DNA of 47,938 nucleotides, the filler included, from Catajapyx aquilonaris (taxonomy: Eukaryota): assembly GCA_000934665.2 (NCBI GenBank). It is 2 parts of 2 records of this genome, joined end to end, with 100 filler letters (N's around TTAATTAATTAA, not from the genome) between each part and the next. Parts side by side here need not be neighbours in the genome. Positions count along the whole stretch, not along the records: positions 24,025 to 47,938 come from KZ539381.1; 1 more part is not named here. The stretch is one strand, 5' to 3'. Below, one piece after another: positions 24,514 through 35,941 of this stretch (position 1 is the stretch's first letter; every line of letters begins with the position of its first letter). The position numbers and the translations under genes are program-made. Under the pieces are notes generated by a model. That model was given only the letters and a program-made list of their open reading frames with translations, was not told where the DNA came from and ran no database searches.

Positions 24514-24959
24514 CAAGGAGCATATACTACATAAGAGGCGCAAACATTCGATTTTTACGTCTCTCTGTTTATAGGGCGTTGCCAAGGCTGGCGGCCATCT
24601 TGAAGTGTGTGGTGCGCCAACGAGGTATAAATAGGGTACAGGCAGGCCGTCAAGGTCCGCGGGGGTCCGCCATCTTTGATGGTTTGGGCTGCCATGGCAA
24701 TACACGGCAATAACAATTTACTTACCCATTCCAATATCGAATTCAAATTCGCGCGTGTTCTTGGCGTGTAGTTCCCATGGCCGCCAAAAATCATCAAAGA
24801 TGGCGGACCCAATTTTTGCCTGTACCCTATTTATACCTCGTTGGCGCACCACACACTTCAAGATGGCCGCCACCCTTGGCAATGCCCTATAAACAGAGAG
24901 ACGCGAACATCAAAGGCGCCGACAGAAGTTTGCGCCTCTTATGTAGTATATGCTCCCTG
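24514..24959. mobile_element. P-element-type foldback MITE with 7-bp TSD
   Basis: GTGTAAG|CAAGGAGCATATACTACAT ... ATGTAGTATATGCTCCCTG|GTGTAAG. Arms are about 180 bp. Confidence 0.82.
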
Positions 24960-25084
24960 GTGTAAGTTTAACCGCCTAATAGTGCCGTTTATAGGGGGTG
25001 TGGACGTTTAAAAAATAAACGTTTGCTATAAAAAATAATAATGAACGATGCTCCCATTTTGCGCAAAAGAAGTTAATGGAACCC

Positions 25085-25292
25085 CATCAGAAAAATGATA
25101 GTTGTTTACGACACCGTCAGGCAAATAGAGGCATTCAGAGAGGGAGGAACCTGAGAATACCATGCGAATATGGAGCGAACCCATGTAACTCTTCCCACAC
25201 GAGAAAATCTTATGTCCGACTCGGGGTTAGTCGGGGATCGCACACGGGGCATCAGAGGTGAAAGGCCTTAACACCACACTGTCGGCTCCACC
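25085..25292 (-). mobile_element. Possible degraded tRNA-derived SINE
   Basis: Minus strand reads ggtggagccgacagtg...cctttcacctctg...gtgcgatcccc (degenerate B box). No second copy in the window. Confidence 0.3.
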
Positions 25293-28200
25293 AAAACGGG
25301 CACCTTGTCGCCTTAGCAATGCTACAGTGTAAGGTCAACACTTGTAGAAAATAATTGATATGCACAACATTTAAGTATGTTTGAGTCGCTACGATATTAT
25401 GCATTGCACATGGTACAAAATTCATATTGAAGAGAGACGAACAGGAGCACGAACTTATTTAATGATGATGATGATGATGTCACTCAATGCGCTCTTACGG
25501 AAGAATAGTGCAAAAAGTAAATGTAAGGGAAAAGAGTTAATCAAGTTTATTAGTTATAATTGACGGGGTAAGAATCGCGCGTATAACGTAAAGCGGTGAA
25601 TATTGTAGGTATGTCAGGCCATTGTCCGCGATTCCTGCGCCCTTGAACTGGTAACGGGGAAGAGAGTCGGCCGTTTCTCAGATCTAGGTCTACACAATCC
25701 GGCATACATACATGTACAGTGTCAGTCTGTAAGATGGCGGTCGTTGCTACCAGGCGGGCCTCCCACCCCACAGAGGCCAGCAACAATGGATGAGGAGCCT
25801 TGAGTGCACTTCCCTTTTCCAAGGTGTTCTCAAAGGCGCCTCGGGCTTTCCTGCTTCACTTTGTAGCCCAGGAATATGTAAGTAACTTACTGTACAATAC
25901 CTCCGTTACAAGAGATCGCCAGCGGTCATTCTTTAATCATGAATCCCCCCCCCCCCCCACTCTCTCTCCCCCTTTCTCCACCCTCTTTTAAACTTGTTCT
26001 TTCACATGCGTGCACAATATTATACTTCTCATTTCACTTTCTAATACAGGAGGAAAGTGTCACCAGGGACGCTCAATACAGGTACAATAAGTATTTTGTT
26101 ACGAAACTTCCTGTTAGAACAACACGTTACAGAGGCTGATACTTGGCACCACTTATGGGTATTATTTCGGCCGAATAATTGAAAAATTGAAAATAGTGTC
26201 GTTCAGGTACATCGTATACAGGGTGGTGCAATTGAACAGCTCGTTTTAGTTAGCGATTTTAGGTATTCGGTTGCTTATTTTTAAAGCAGTCACTTTGCAA
26301 CAATTACTTTTCACAGATATCAAAAGCATTAGCTGCTAATATTAGGTCGCGTTGACCATTCATCCCTGCAAGGGATGCAAAAAATCAAAATCAAAATGAA
26401 AATAAATAATGTTCTCCCATTGACGTTTGATTCATTTCGATTCAGGGCTTGGACAGATGATTATTTAATTCAGTCGAATATATATTAGCAGGTAATACAT
26501 TTGATTACTACAAACTACCGGAAATTATCTGCTTATAAGAAGCAGTTTGGTGCCGAGAGTCCGTAAAATTGACATTTCAATTGGAGCACTCTTTATCTAG
26601 GCCCTTTATTTTTTTAGATAACGGTGCATTGTTTTTATTCCTTCCATCTAATTATTAAGAAAAGGTTAATCGACTAGTATAAATGAAAAATAATACTGCG
26701 TCTCTCCACCATAATACAAGATATAAGACTGGTGGATTTATGGATATCATAAAGGGTGTGGCAGACACCAAGTCCTCATTCCAAGAGTAGGTGAATAGGT
26801 TACGTGTATAATTTACCCGAGTAACATGTTTAAAGAGAAGCAACAATCATGACCAAGTGAATGTGGCCCTGATTGTTGCTTCTACTCAAACTTGTTGCCG
26901 TATAATTAGTCTAAAACTATAGTCGCCCTCATGGGCTCTGGACTTTGGCAGTGCACAGCATGTGTAATTCTGCAAATCATTGTGTGCATAACGATGTTTA
27001 GGAGTTAGCGATTTGAAAAGCCGCTGCGACCTCTTTTATTTAAAACTATTCCGGCATCCTCTTGATATTGACCAAGAACTGCAGAAAACCTTGGACAAAA
27101 TAAATGACGTCAAAGATGGGACCCGGAACCAGCATCCCATCCTGAATGAAAGTGTAAATAAGACGTCTTTTACACACCGTCGCATCGGCGAGTCTTTGAT
27201 AATACGCATAACCATCACCTACATGCCACATGCCACATGCAAAAGAAAAGAAAAAAGGTTTGGAGGGATGAGGGGGGGGGGGGGCAGGAGATGTGGATAT
27301 CTCTCTTCATGCCAGAGAGAGAAAAGTTATGCTTAACCAGGGGGTTTGTACAGTTGTTTACGGAAAAAACAGTCCAAATATTGAGGGAAGGCAGGTTCTA
27401 GCACATAATTCTAGGATGTTGACTACCTTTTTAAGCACAATCCATACATAAGTGCGCCTCTTCATCTGTCAATACCTTATAACGTTATCTAACTGGATTT
27501 GCTGGAAAGGTGGCAACATATTGGACGTGACACGTCAAGCTTCTGTCAAAATTCTATAGAGTATTGGATAATGAAGGACAAAATAATGGCTTTCTGGCTT
27601 GTAGGCCTACCTTGAGCTGACGTCACTGAATAGTTTGCCAAATGTCTATATGAAGCACGGCAGTGGAAGGCTGTCCAAAGAATGAACAAAATACTCATTT
27701 TTTCCAAGACGAAACGAAACCAAGACGCGTTTTAGTGTGGATAAGTAAATACCTCTTATAGTGGATCATAGCTCGAGGTGAAGACGGTGGTGAGGTGTTC
27801 ATTATTCAGTCCGCGCCGCTCATCTGTACAGCCCTCGATGGAATCATCCTTCCTACCCATCAGCGTAACTTTCTCCTTCTTACAATATAATTGGGCGGCA
27901 ATGTTCTAGTGAATCAGCAAACATAGCAAGGAGTAAATCCCTGTACGGCAATATCTCTTTCTCCGCTCAACGCACACAATAGACCCTGAGCCGGCTCGGG
28001 GACCTTGGCCAATTTTCACTCGTCCTAACTAACATCTACTCGGTGCAATTAGGGAATGAAATCAGAGATCCGCCCGAGAAGGGGGGGAAAAATGTGTATG
28101 TCCTTCCAAGTGCAACATTATCTTGCTAATTGACCACTACGACTTTCCATGCGGGGTCTCGAGGTTTAGCCATGACTGCATGGGAAGTCCTTTACGGCCA

Positions 28201-28399
28201 CAACCTCACTTCCTACAGAATTGCACTGATTCACTTTCAGGACCACCTGCTCTATGCCTAGAAAATACGACTCTTTCGCCAATCAATATGTATCTCTGGG
28301 GGATTTGCCGACACGTATTTTGATCTATAAGCCATAACGGAAGAAACCTACGACATATTTAGAGAAGCGAATAATTCAGATCAGATTGATGAAGGGTCC

Positions 28400-28401
<2 letters not shown>

Positions 28402-28444
<43 letters not shown>
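28402..28444. repeat. (CT)n microsatellite
   Basis: About 21 perfect CT units. Confidence 0.95.
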
Positions 28445-28446
<2 letters not shown>

Positions 28447-29300
28447 GCTTTGATTTGAGAAGAATGTAGAGTTTACCTGAGCTACGATGTGTGTTGACAA
28501 CGTCCTCAGGCGCAGGCGGCCAAAGATGTGTAGCACCCGGAGTTTTTGGTAAAAAGGCCCGGATGAAACGGCCGCAGCCAACGGTTGAACCACGAGCACG
28601 TTGGTTTGTTTACACGCACGCGACTTTATAACCTCCTTAAATGCGCGCTCTCTGCTCCCTAGTGGCCACTGCTGACACTAGAGTTGGGATTCCTGTGCCC
28701 TTGAAGTCCATTCATCACACACTCCTCCTGTGCTTGCCCTTCTTCTTCTTCTTCAGGTGGGTGGGTGGGTGGGTGGGTGGCCAGTGGGAGGCTGGCTGGT
28801 TTAACCTGTAACTCGGGTTCTGTGCGGGCAGGAGGCACATAACAACATTTTTAGCATTTTGCGTGATCAAGCTGCCATTGAGATCTATCACTTACGTGTA
28901 GGCGGCTCGAAAGAGCAGGATATGATTTGTTTCAACCACCTGGTGCTGTGTCACTCGAGTTTCAAGTTATCTTTAGTAGCGTCAGCATGACAGTTGGAGT
29001 TACAAATAATGCCCATACAACTGCGAACATAATTACATGGCTGCATGAGCAAAACTGGGCTGTTGTCCGAACTTATTTTACACTTATAGTAGGCTACTGG
29101 GCCAGAGTGAATAGGTATTCGTCAGGTGAAGGATATTGATTCTCGCTGGGTGTTTCCCTTTGGTGTAATCTTGTTTTGGTCCGTCCAATGATTAGGACAT
29201 GCAGGGTGCGGAAATGTAACGTACTATCGGGTTCTTGAAGCAACACTTAGCACAGGCCCCACGTTAAGGTGGGTGTGGGTGTGTGTGGGTGTGGGTGGGT

Positions 29301-29570
29301 GGGCGGGTATTGCTATCCTTGTGAGGTATTTTTTACGCGTTTTCCTATATATCCTTGTGAGGAATTTTGTCATTACGAGGCAGTTTTCCTGCACCTCATA
29401 GTGAACACACGCCTCACCAGGATAGGGAAAAATCGAAAGAATACCTCATAAAGACAGTAAAAATATATTTCACCAAAATTTCGTGTGTTTCCTTGTAGGT
29501 TAGGTTAGGTTAGTTTTAAATTTTAAATTTTAAATTTTGGAAAAACCTCACAAGGATAGCAATGCGCTCC
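29301..29570. mobile_element. TIR element embedded in a GT-rich microsatellite, with internal (TTAGG)n
   Basis: attgctatccttgtgagg ... cctcacaaggatagcaat, with GT-rich repeats on both sides. Confidence 0.7.
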
Positions 29571-29592
29571 TGGGTGGGTGTGCGTGTGTGTG

Positions 29593-29958
29593 TACAGGTC
29601 TTCAATTAGCTCTGGGGACGGAAGTTTGTGCTTTTACTGTAGTTGTGGGGACAATTGTGGGGACATTTGTCGGTCCCCACTCATGCACACACGCGATGTG
29701 TAGGCCTACTATTACAGTGGGGGCATGTTTAAATTAGTGGGGACATGTCCCCACTATTTTCATTCGTAGGGTTTCACAAAAGTCCATTTTTCTCAGCCTA
29801 GGTTAGTTAGGGTAGGATAGGGTAGATAGGGTAGGGTAGGATAGAGTGGGGTGGGGTAGGGTAGGGTAGGGTAGGGTAGGGTAGGGTAGGGTAGGTTAGT
29901 TTACACTAGCTTCGAAAAGTTGAATTTTCACGTCCCCACAGCTAATTCAGGACAAGGC
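29593..29958. mobile_element. Second TIR element in the same (TG)n tract, with internal (GGGTA)n
   Basis: gtcttcaattagctctggggacg ... cgtccccacagctaattcaggac, flanked by tgtgtgtg, with GGGGAC subterminal repeats. Confidence 0.65.
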
Positions 29959-30305
29959 TGTGTGTGTGTGAAGGGTTACTTCAAGACCAGGATAAAGTGG
30001 CCAAAAGTATTTGAACCCGATAGTACCATCACTTTGGGGGATGATAGAGGGGTTCCCGTGGGTCTCCGTTCCCGAGACACTGTACAGTGTACATACTCCC
30101 GATTATTCAGGCAAATGACTGCACGGGTGTCGCCGGATTATCGGAAAACACGGATAATCCGAAAAGAGTTCTAGATATTGTAAAAGTCAGATGTTCAGAG
30201 ATTTCATAATGAACTACTCTAAATACTGTATTCTGCTTTAACCCTTTGACGGCGGGGTTTTTCGGGTCCTTTTCTTCTTTTCTTGGCTAAAATTTGTACT
30301 GTATA

Positions 30306-30867
30306 CAGGGTGTAAATGAATTCAACCGACAAACTTCTAGGGGTGATAGAGGGGACCAAGACAAACATTTTTGACATAGGAAACCGTGTCCGGAAACGCC
30401 ATCTAGAGGGGGTTCATAGACGAGGAACGGATGCGCTCAGACGCTTCACGCGAGAGGCGCAAGTCGAGCGGTCTGTTTTGTTGATAGATGGCGCTCGGAT
30501 AGTAACCAACGATTCGATGTGCCACAACGTGGCAACAGCAGAGCCATCTAGCAACTAAAGTCCGCCTCCTAGGAGACTCGCGGATAGTCAGCAGCGGTTC
30601 TGTTGTTGCCAGGTTTTGGCGTATCGTGTTGTTGTTTACTTACTACGACGCGATACGCCATAACCTGGCAACAACTGCGCGCCATCTATCAACAAAACAG
30701 TCCGCTCGACTTGCGCCTCTCGCGTGACGCGTCTGAGCGCACCCGTTCCTCGTCTATGAACCCCCTCTAGATGGCGTTTCCGGACACGGTTTCCTATGTC
30801 AAAAATGTTTGTCTTGGTCCCCTCTATCACCCCTAGAAGTTTGTCGGTTGAATTCATTTACACCCTG
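30306..30867. mobile_element. Tc1/mariner-type foldback MITE
   Basis: TA|CAGGGTGTAAATGAATTC ... GAATTCATTTACACCCTG|TA. Arms are about 190 bp and nearly identical. Confidence 0.9.
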
Positions 30868-31051
30868 TATAGTAGGAGTGATATTAATGAAAAACAATAT
30901 GGTCCAATATTTATCATTTTAACTCGTGGTGGTCCTTTTGAATGTAAAATGAAGAAAAATTCATCTACAGGTTGTTCCAGTAAAATATTTAAAGCGCAAT
31001 AACTTTAAATGTAATGAAATTAATTTTTAATTTTAAATTCGCTACAAAATT

Positions 31052-31392
31052 GGGAGGTGTGGGGGCCGAGATGGTAACATATCGGCTTGCTGTGAAAAGT
31101 CCCAAGTTCGATCCCCGCCTGGGAGTTCCCTTTCACCTGCGTCGGGAGGATCTATAATTATATGACCTGCACCTTGGAGGTGTCTGGCAACCTAACCTCA
31201 TGGGGGACTGCACATGGCCCAAACATAATGACAACGCAGTTGCACCCGTGTCCCTTCCCCAAAAATCCCCATCCCTACTCCATGTCCTTTCGTCCTTGCA
31301 CCGGTGCTGGAGAAAAATAAGAAAATGGTATTTACGGTGGTTCACCACCCCCTAAAAGAGCTCCGTTCTCTCTAATGGGGTAACCTAAAAAG
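31052..31392 (+). mobile_element. tRNA-derived SINE family A, copy 2
   Basis: Head gggaggtgtgggggccgagatgg...gttcgatcccc. 13-bp TSD tcgcta(c/t)aaaatt. Homologous to 9972-10340. Confidence 0.82.
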
Positions 31393-32422
31393 TCGCTATA
31401 AAATTGTTACTGTGGTTACAAAATACGTAATACTAAAACACTGTACTATGAGAAATTCCTAAGTGTCCAGACTTACGGCACACCCTGTTCTGACGCCGCG
31501 GGAGGGGGTATGTTTAGCTCACGCTCGGAGGGGTCGCCTGCCTAACCGCCAATTTCCTTTACCGCCAAAAGTCCTGAGCGTCAATTGTCCTGACCGCCAA
31601 AAGTCCTGAGCGTCAATTGTCCTGACCGCCAAAAGTCCTAACCGCCAATTGTCCTAAGCGCCAAAAGTCCTGACCGCCAATTGTCCTGAGCGCCAAAACA
31701 GGCCTGCCAACTGATTCTATCTGAGACTGAGAATATTCAGAAAGCTGTGACTGCTTATGGAAAAGTCGTATAAGCTGCTACAGTCCCACTTTCTAACAAT
31801 GCCGCCATTTTGGATCCGGATCTAGCAACTTATTTTCTACGGATTGAGCCTAATAACAGCTTAGAGTAAACCCTTGCGACTTATTTGGCTGCGTCACAGC
31901 GGTGGGATCAGCAGGGGAAAGGAGGTTGGCAAAGCCACAATAACGTTCGTTGGCCTGCGGCGCCACAAGACGGACAGTAAATGTTGCGGATACAGAAACC
32001 CACAATAAGCGCCCAGCTCCGCTGTCGCTCCGCAAAAACTAAAAATATCACGCACGGGCGACGAACCGTGCCTGGCGGGGCTACAACAGATGCCAGTATT
32101 GTTGCGGTAACAGAAAGTCATACAGCATCACCAAGACAAAGGGCAACTCCATCCCTCACGTTGCCGCGTCACTCAAATATGCCCATATCAGCTATTATTA
32201 GCTTTAATCATAACCTGCTACATTCGGATCCAAAATGGCGAGCCAATTGCAGCATGGGGCCGAAAATAACACCTAGCTGCTTTATCCGTAAGCAGTTACA
32301 GCTTTCTGAATACGTTCAAAGGATCGTGATTCGTGAGGTCTTCCCACAGTTGGCACCCCTCTAAAATAACCGGTTTTGGAGCCCTGTTCTGTTTGGCGCT
32401 CAGGACAATTGGCGGTCAGGAC

Positions 32423-33386
32423 CAGCCCCCGGACACTTATACTACATTTCGCCTGCCGAGGAGTTTTGCAGCGGGTGCTCGCCTGAGAGCGCCATGAGAC
32501 ATTTCCCGGAGCAATTATGTGACGCCCCTACCGGACTAGGCTGAACTTTATAGGTACAAACAACGAGATAGAATAGAATGGAGGCCGTAAAGGTCGGACA
32601 TCTTTGAAGCCATTTGGGGCCATCGGGCGGCCATGACACTTCACGGCAAGAACTTTTAAATTGTAGTATTTCTAACCCTGTTCTCCTCTCCTGCCTCCTG
32701 GCGGGACTAGGAAGAAAAGTCAGTCTGGTGAAAGCAACGAGGTATGAATAGGGTTAGAGGCCGTAAAGGTCCGCCATCTTTGAAGCAATTGGCGGCCATG
32801 CCACTTCACTGCAAAAGAGCATTGGTGGTATACAGAAGTAGACAGTAGCGCCATGCGGCCAGAGGGAAAACCAGCCATGAGTTTACCACCTCACGCGTGT
32901 TATTCCGTGAAGTGTCATGGCTGCTCAATTGCATCAAAGATGGCGGGACTTTACGGCCTCTAACCCTAATTTATACCTCGTTGCTTTCACCAGACTGCCA
33001 TTTATTCTCAGCCCCGCCAGGAGGCAGGAGTGTAGACAGAGGAGAACAGGGTTAGAAATGGACAATTTCAAATGAGCGCATGTTCTTGCCGTGAAGTGGC
33101 ATGGCCGCCAAAGATCACGTGACCTTTACGGCCTCTATCCTATTCTATCTCGTTGGGTACAAAAGGGAAGCGCTACATTGGGGGACCCAACAGGGGCGCC
33201 GGCGGCCATGTTGGGCCCACATGTAGCGCTTCCCTTTTGTACCTATAAAGTCCAGCATGGTCCGGTAGGGGCGCCACATAATTGCTCCGGGAAATGTCTC
33301 ATGGCGCTCTCAGGTGAGCACCCGCTGCAAAACCCCTCGGCAGGGGGTGGGTGGGAGTGACCTAACCTGAGTCTTCTATAACCATG
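32423..33386 (+). mobile_element. CA..TG element with 8-bp TSD, asymmetric ends and an internal inverted repeat, copy 1
   Basis: GTCAGGAC|CAGCCCCCGGACACTTATACTACAT ... TTCTATAACCATG|GTCAGGAC. Homologous to 41906-42283. Confidence 0.75.
32561..33155. mobile_element. P-element-type foldback MITE with 8-bp TSD
   Basis: GGTACAAA|CAACGAGATAGAATAG ... CTATTCTATCTCGTTG|GGTACAAA. It is absent from the paralogous site at about 42045-42055. Confidence 0.88.
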
Positions 33387-33656
33387 GTCAGGACTTATGG
33401 CGGCAACGGAAATTGGCGGTCAGGACTTTTGGCGGCAAAGGAAAATGTGTGTTGGCGGTAAATGAAATTGGCGGTCAGGCAGGCGCTCCCGCTCGGAGGT
33501 GGAAAATTTTATTATCACACGTCACGGTAGTTGAGCCGCCTTCCACGAGGTGGGAGGAGCAGTTTGAGCCTCAAACTGCTCCCGTCTAAACTCTAGCGCG
33601 CCCAGTTCAAAAACCAGCAGGGCATCATCCGATGTCCCTAGGCCTCAAAGGGTTAA

Positions 33657-34413
33657 AGGAAGGGTTCAGTGATTTTGCATGTTGAGCTTCAAAAATCGAG
33701 CAGGACTCTCTGATTCTGAATATCCGGTCCGTTTTGGTGGCAAATGCACCATAAGCGTAAAATTTCAAGTCAGAGTGGATTTTTTTGAAAATCAGCGCCG
33801 AACACGGGTTCCCTCTAGCCACAAGAGTGGAAGCTTCGATGCAGCGGTCGAAGCTTCCACTCTTGTGGCTAGAGGGAACCCGTGTCCCGTGAGAAGATGG
33901 CAGCCCCCAGAGACAAGCCGCATTCAAGCCAGATGGTTGGGTTTTCGACCCGAGTGGAACCTGCCCCGAGTGCCAAGGGCCATGGAAAGGCGGCGGGGAG
34001 GGCAGACGGAGGGCGAGAGGGAGAGACAGGCGCGAGCACGGGCGCGAGTGACCAAACAAAGCAGCCGACTACGAGTTATGCCTACGGGATACTTCCATAC
34101 CAGTTCGAGCCCTACCCCCACCTTCTTCCCTCTCACTTCCTTGTTCCAAATCCAGCCGCAAGCAGTTTCCTAGTTCAAAAATGGGCTTCGAGACTAAGCC
34201 AATCTCATTGGCCACGGTGGTGGCAGGTTACCGGAATTTCCGCGGGAGGCGCTGGCTGTACGCTTACCGTATCGAATATAGTAGCGGATATGGACTTTCA
34301 CCAAACGGCATTTGTTTACGCGGCGTCATATTCCAAAACTGACCACATTTTTGGAATCAGGGAGTCTTCCTTGATCTCTGAAGCCCAACATGCAAAATCA
34401 CTGATCCCTTCCT
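33657..34413. mobile_element. TTAA-TSD element with purine terminus (Kolobok-like) and an internal perfect hairpin at 33802-33885
   Basis: TTAA|AGGAAGGGTTCAGTGATTTTGCATGTTG ... CAACATGCAAAATCACTGATCCCTTCCT|TTAA. Confidence 0.8.
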
Positions 34414-34671
34414 TTAAGTAAGGTTCAATCAAAATAATGAAACTTCCCACATACCGTATTTTTAGTTTGTCTTCTGGAAAAAGTTTCTTGGTTTGCAAGA
34501 CTTACTGACGTTTTTTCGGACTTTTATTTATTTTCCTTTGTTTTGGCGAGCCACGGATAATCCACACCCGGATAATCGAGAGTGCACTGTAATGAGCATC
34601 AAATAAAGAGTGCGCTATACCAGCTTTTATGTCGCGGATACACTCTATGGCAATTCCATTGCCTGATACAT

Positions 34672-35734
34672 CTAACAAGCAAAGTAACTTTTCTTACCCT
34701 CCTGGATTTTGATAATTTTTATAATTTAAATTCTGCTTGGCCTATATTCTATAGTGTTGAGAAAACATCACCTCCGCTGCTAAATTCCACGTTAGCAGGG
34801 TGAAAATACAGCCTCAAGGCAATGTTCCGAAAGCCACAACACCAGCGTTCGGTCGCGAGGCGCTCGTCCCGGCTACCCCGGTCGCGGTCGCCTTTCACCG
34901 CGTCTGTAGCTCTCTCCGGTGCCACGAAGGAGAAGGGTCATCTCGCACGCTTTGAAGTTGAAGGCGATTATAATAATGGAGAGCCAGGACAGGGGGCATA
35001 ATACTACATATGAGGCGAAAACATTCGATTCGCCTGTCTCTGTTTGATGGGGCCAACGGTGGCGGCCATTTTGAAGCGATGCCAACGAGGTGTAAATAGG
35101 GTACAGGTAGGCCAAAGCTTCGCCATCTTTGATTGTTTTGGCGGCGGCCATGGCACTTCACGGCAAGAACACGGGCGAATTTGAATATTTTTGCCGTACT
35201 TACGGAATTAATACGTAGAAAAGTGCATTAAAGGAGCTCATACGGCAAAAAGATTCAAATTCAGCCGCCAAAACCATCAAAGATAGCAGACCTTTGGCCT
35301 GCCTGTACCCTATTTACACCTCGTTGGCCTCTCTTCAAAATGGCCGCCACCGTTGGCCCCATCGAACAGAGACAGGCGAATCGAATGTTTGCGCCTCATA
35401 TGTACTGTAGTATTATGCCCCCTGTCCTGGCTCTCCATTATTATAACCGCCTTCGACTTCAAAGCGTGCGAGATGACCCTTCTCCTTCGTGGCACCGGAG
35501 AGAGCTACAGACGCGGTGAAAGGCGACCGCGACCGGGCAGCCGGGACGAGCGCCTCGCGACCGAATGCTGGTGTTGTGGCTTACGGAACATCGCCATTAG
35601 GCTGGATTTTCACCCTGCTAACGTGGAATTTAGCAGCGGAGGTGATGTTTTCCCAACACTATAGGCCAAGCAGAATTTAAATTATCAAAATTATCAAAAT
35701 CCAGGAGGGTAAGAAAAGTTACTTTGCTTGTTAG
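34672..35734. mobile_element. Concentric palindrome of about 1.06 kb built around a P-type MITE (34990-35424)
   Basis: Arms are about 480 bp. The inner CAGGGGGCATAATACTACAT ends are homologous to the 24514 element. No TSD is visible at the outer ends. Confidence 0.85.
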
Positions 35735-35941
35735 TGGTTTTGTATACACTGTACGCTCTAGTGGAGGGTGACATGTTTATTACTGTTTATGTTAGTCTTA
35801 ATGAACCAATTTGAGCTCTCTCTCTCTCTCTCAAAAGCTAACACTAATAAACAATTTGGTGTGAGAGGCATATCACAGTGTTATTTCGATATATCTTTTT
35901 CTCTTCAAGTGACAGGACTTATTTCTTTGTGTTACATTTAT

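Larger units (their letters stand above)
31531..33489. mobile_element. Mutator/MULE-type element with tandem-repeat arms (FB/Rehavkus-like architecture)
   Basis: 9-bp TSD CGCTCGGAG. Ends GG..CGCCTGCCT.ACCGCCAATTTC. Array of 16-bp units (e.g. ACCGCCAAAAGTCCTG) at 31560-31698, mirrored at about 32390-32420 and 33387-33480. Confidence 0.8.
30242..33652. mobile_element. piggyBac-like non-autonomous element
   Basis: TTAA|CCCTTTGA ... TCAAAGGG|TTAA. Confidence 0.65.
30085..34589. mobile_element. Tigger/pogo-type MITE hosting a 4-kb nest of insertions
   Basis: TA|CAGTG..ACTCCCGATTAT ... ATAATCGAGAGTGCACTG|TA, with CGGATAATC subterminal motifs at both ends. Confidence 0.65.

Noticed and set aside
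30316..30857. Near-identical ORF pairs on opposite strands (also 43503/45401, 34873/35353 and 42517/46468)
   Set aside because: They are by-products of palindromic arms, with no recognisable protein motifs.
31560..31698. Regular repeat array resembling CRISPR
   Set aside because: It has no unique spacers, the context is eukaryotic, and it is the subterminal array of a MULE-like element.
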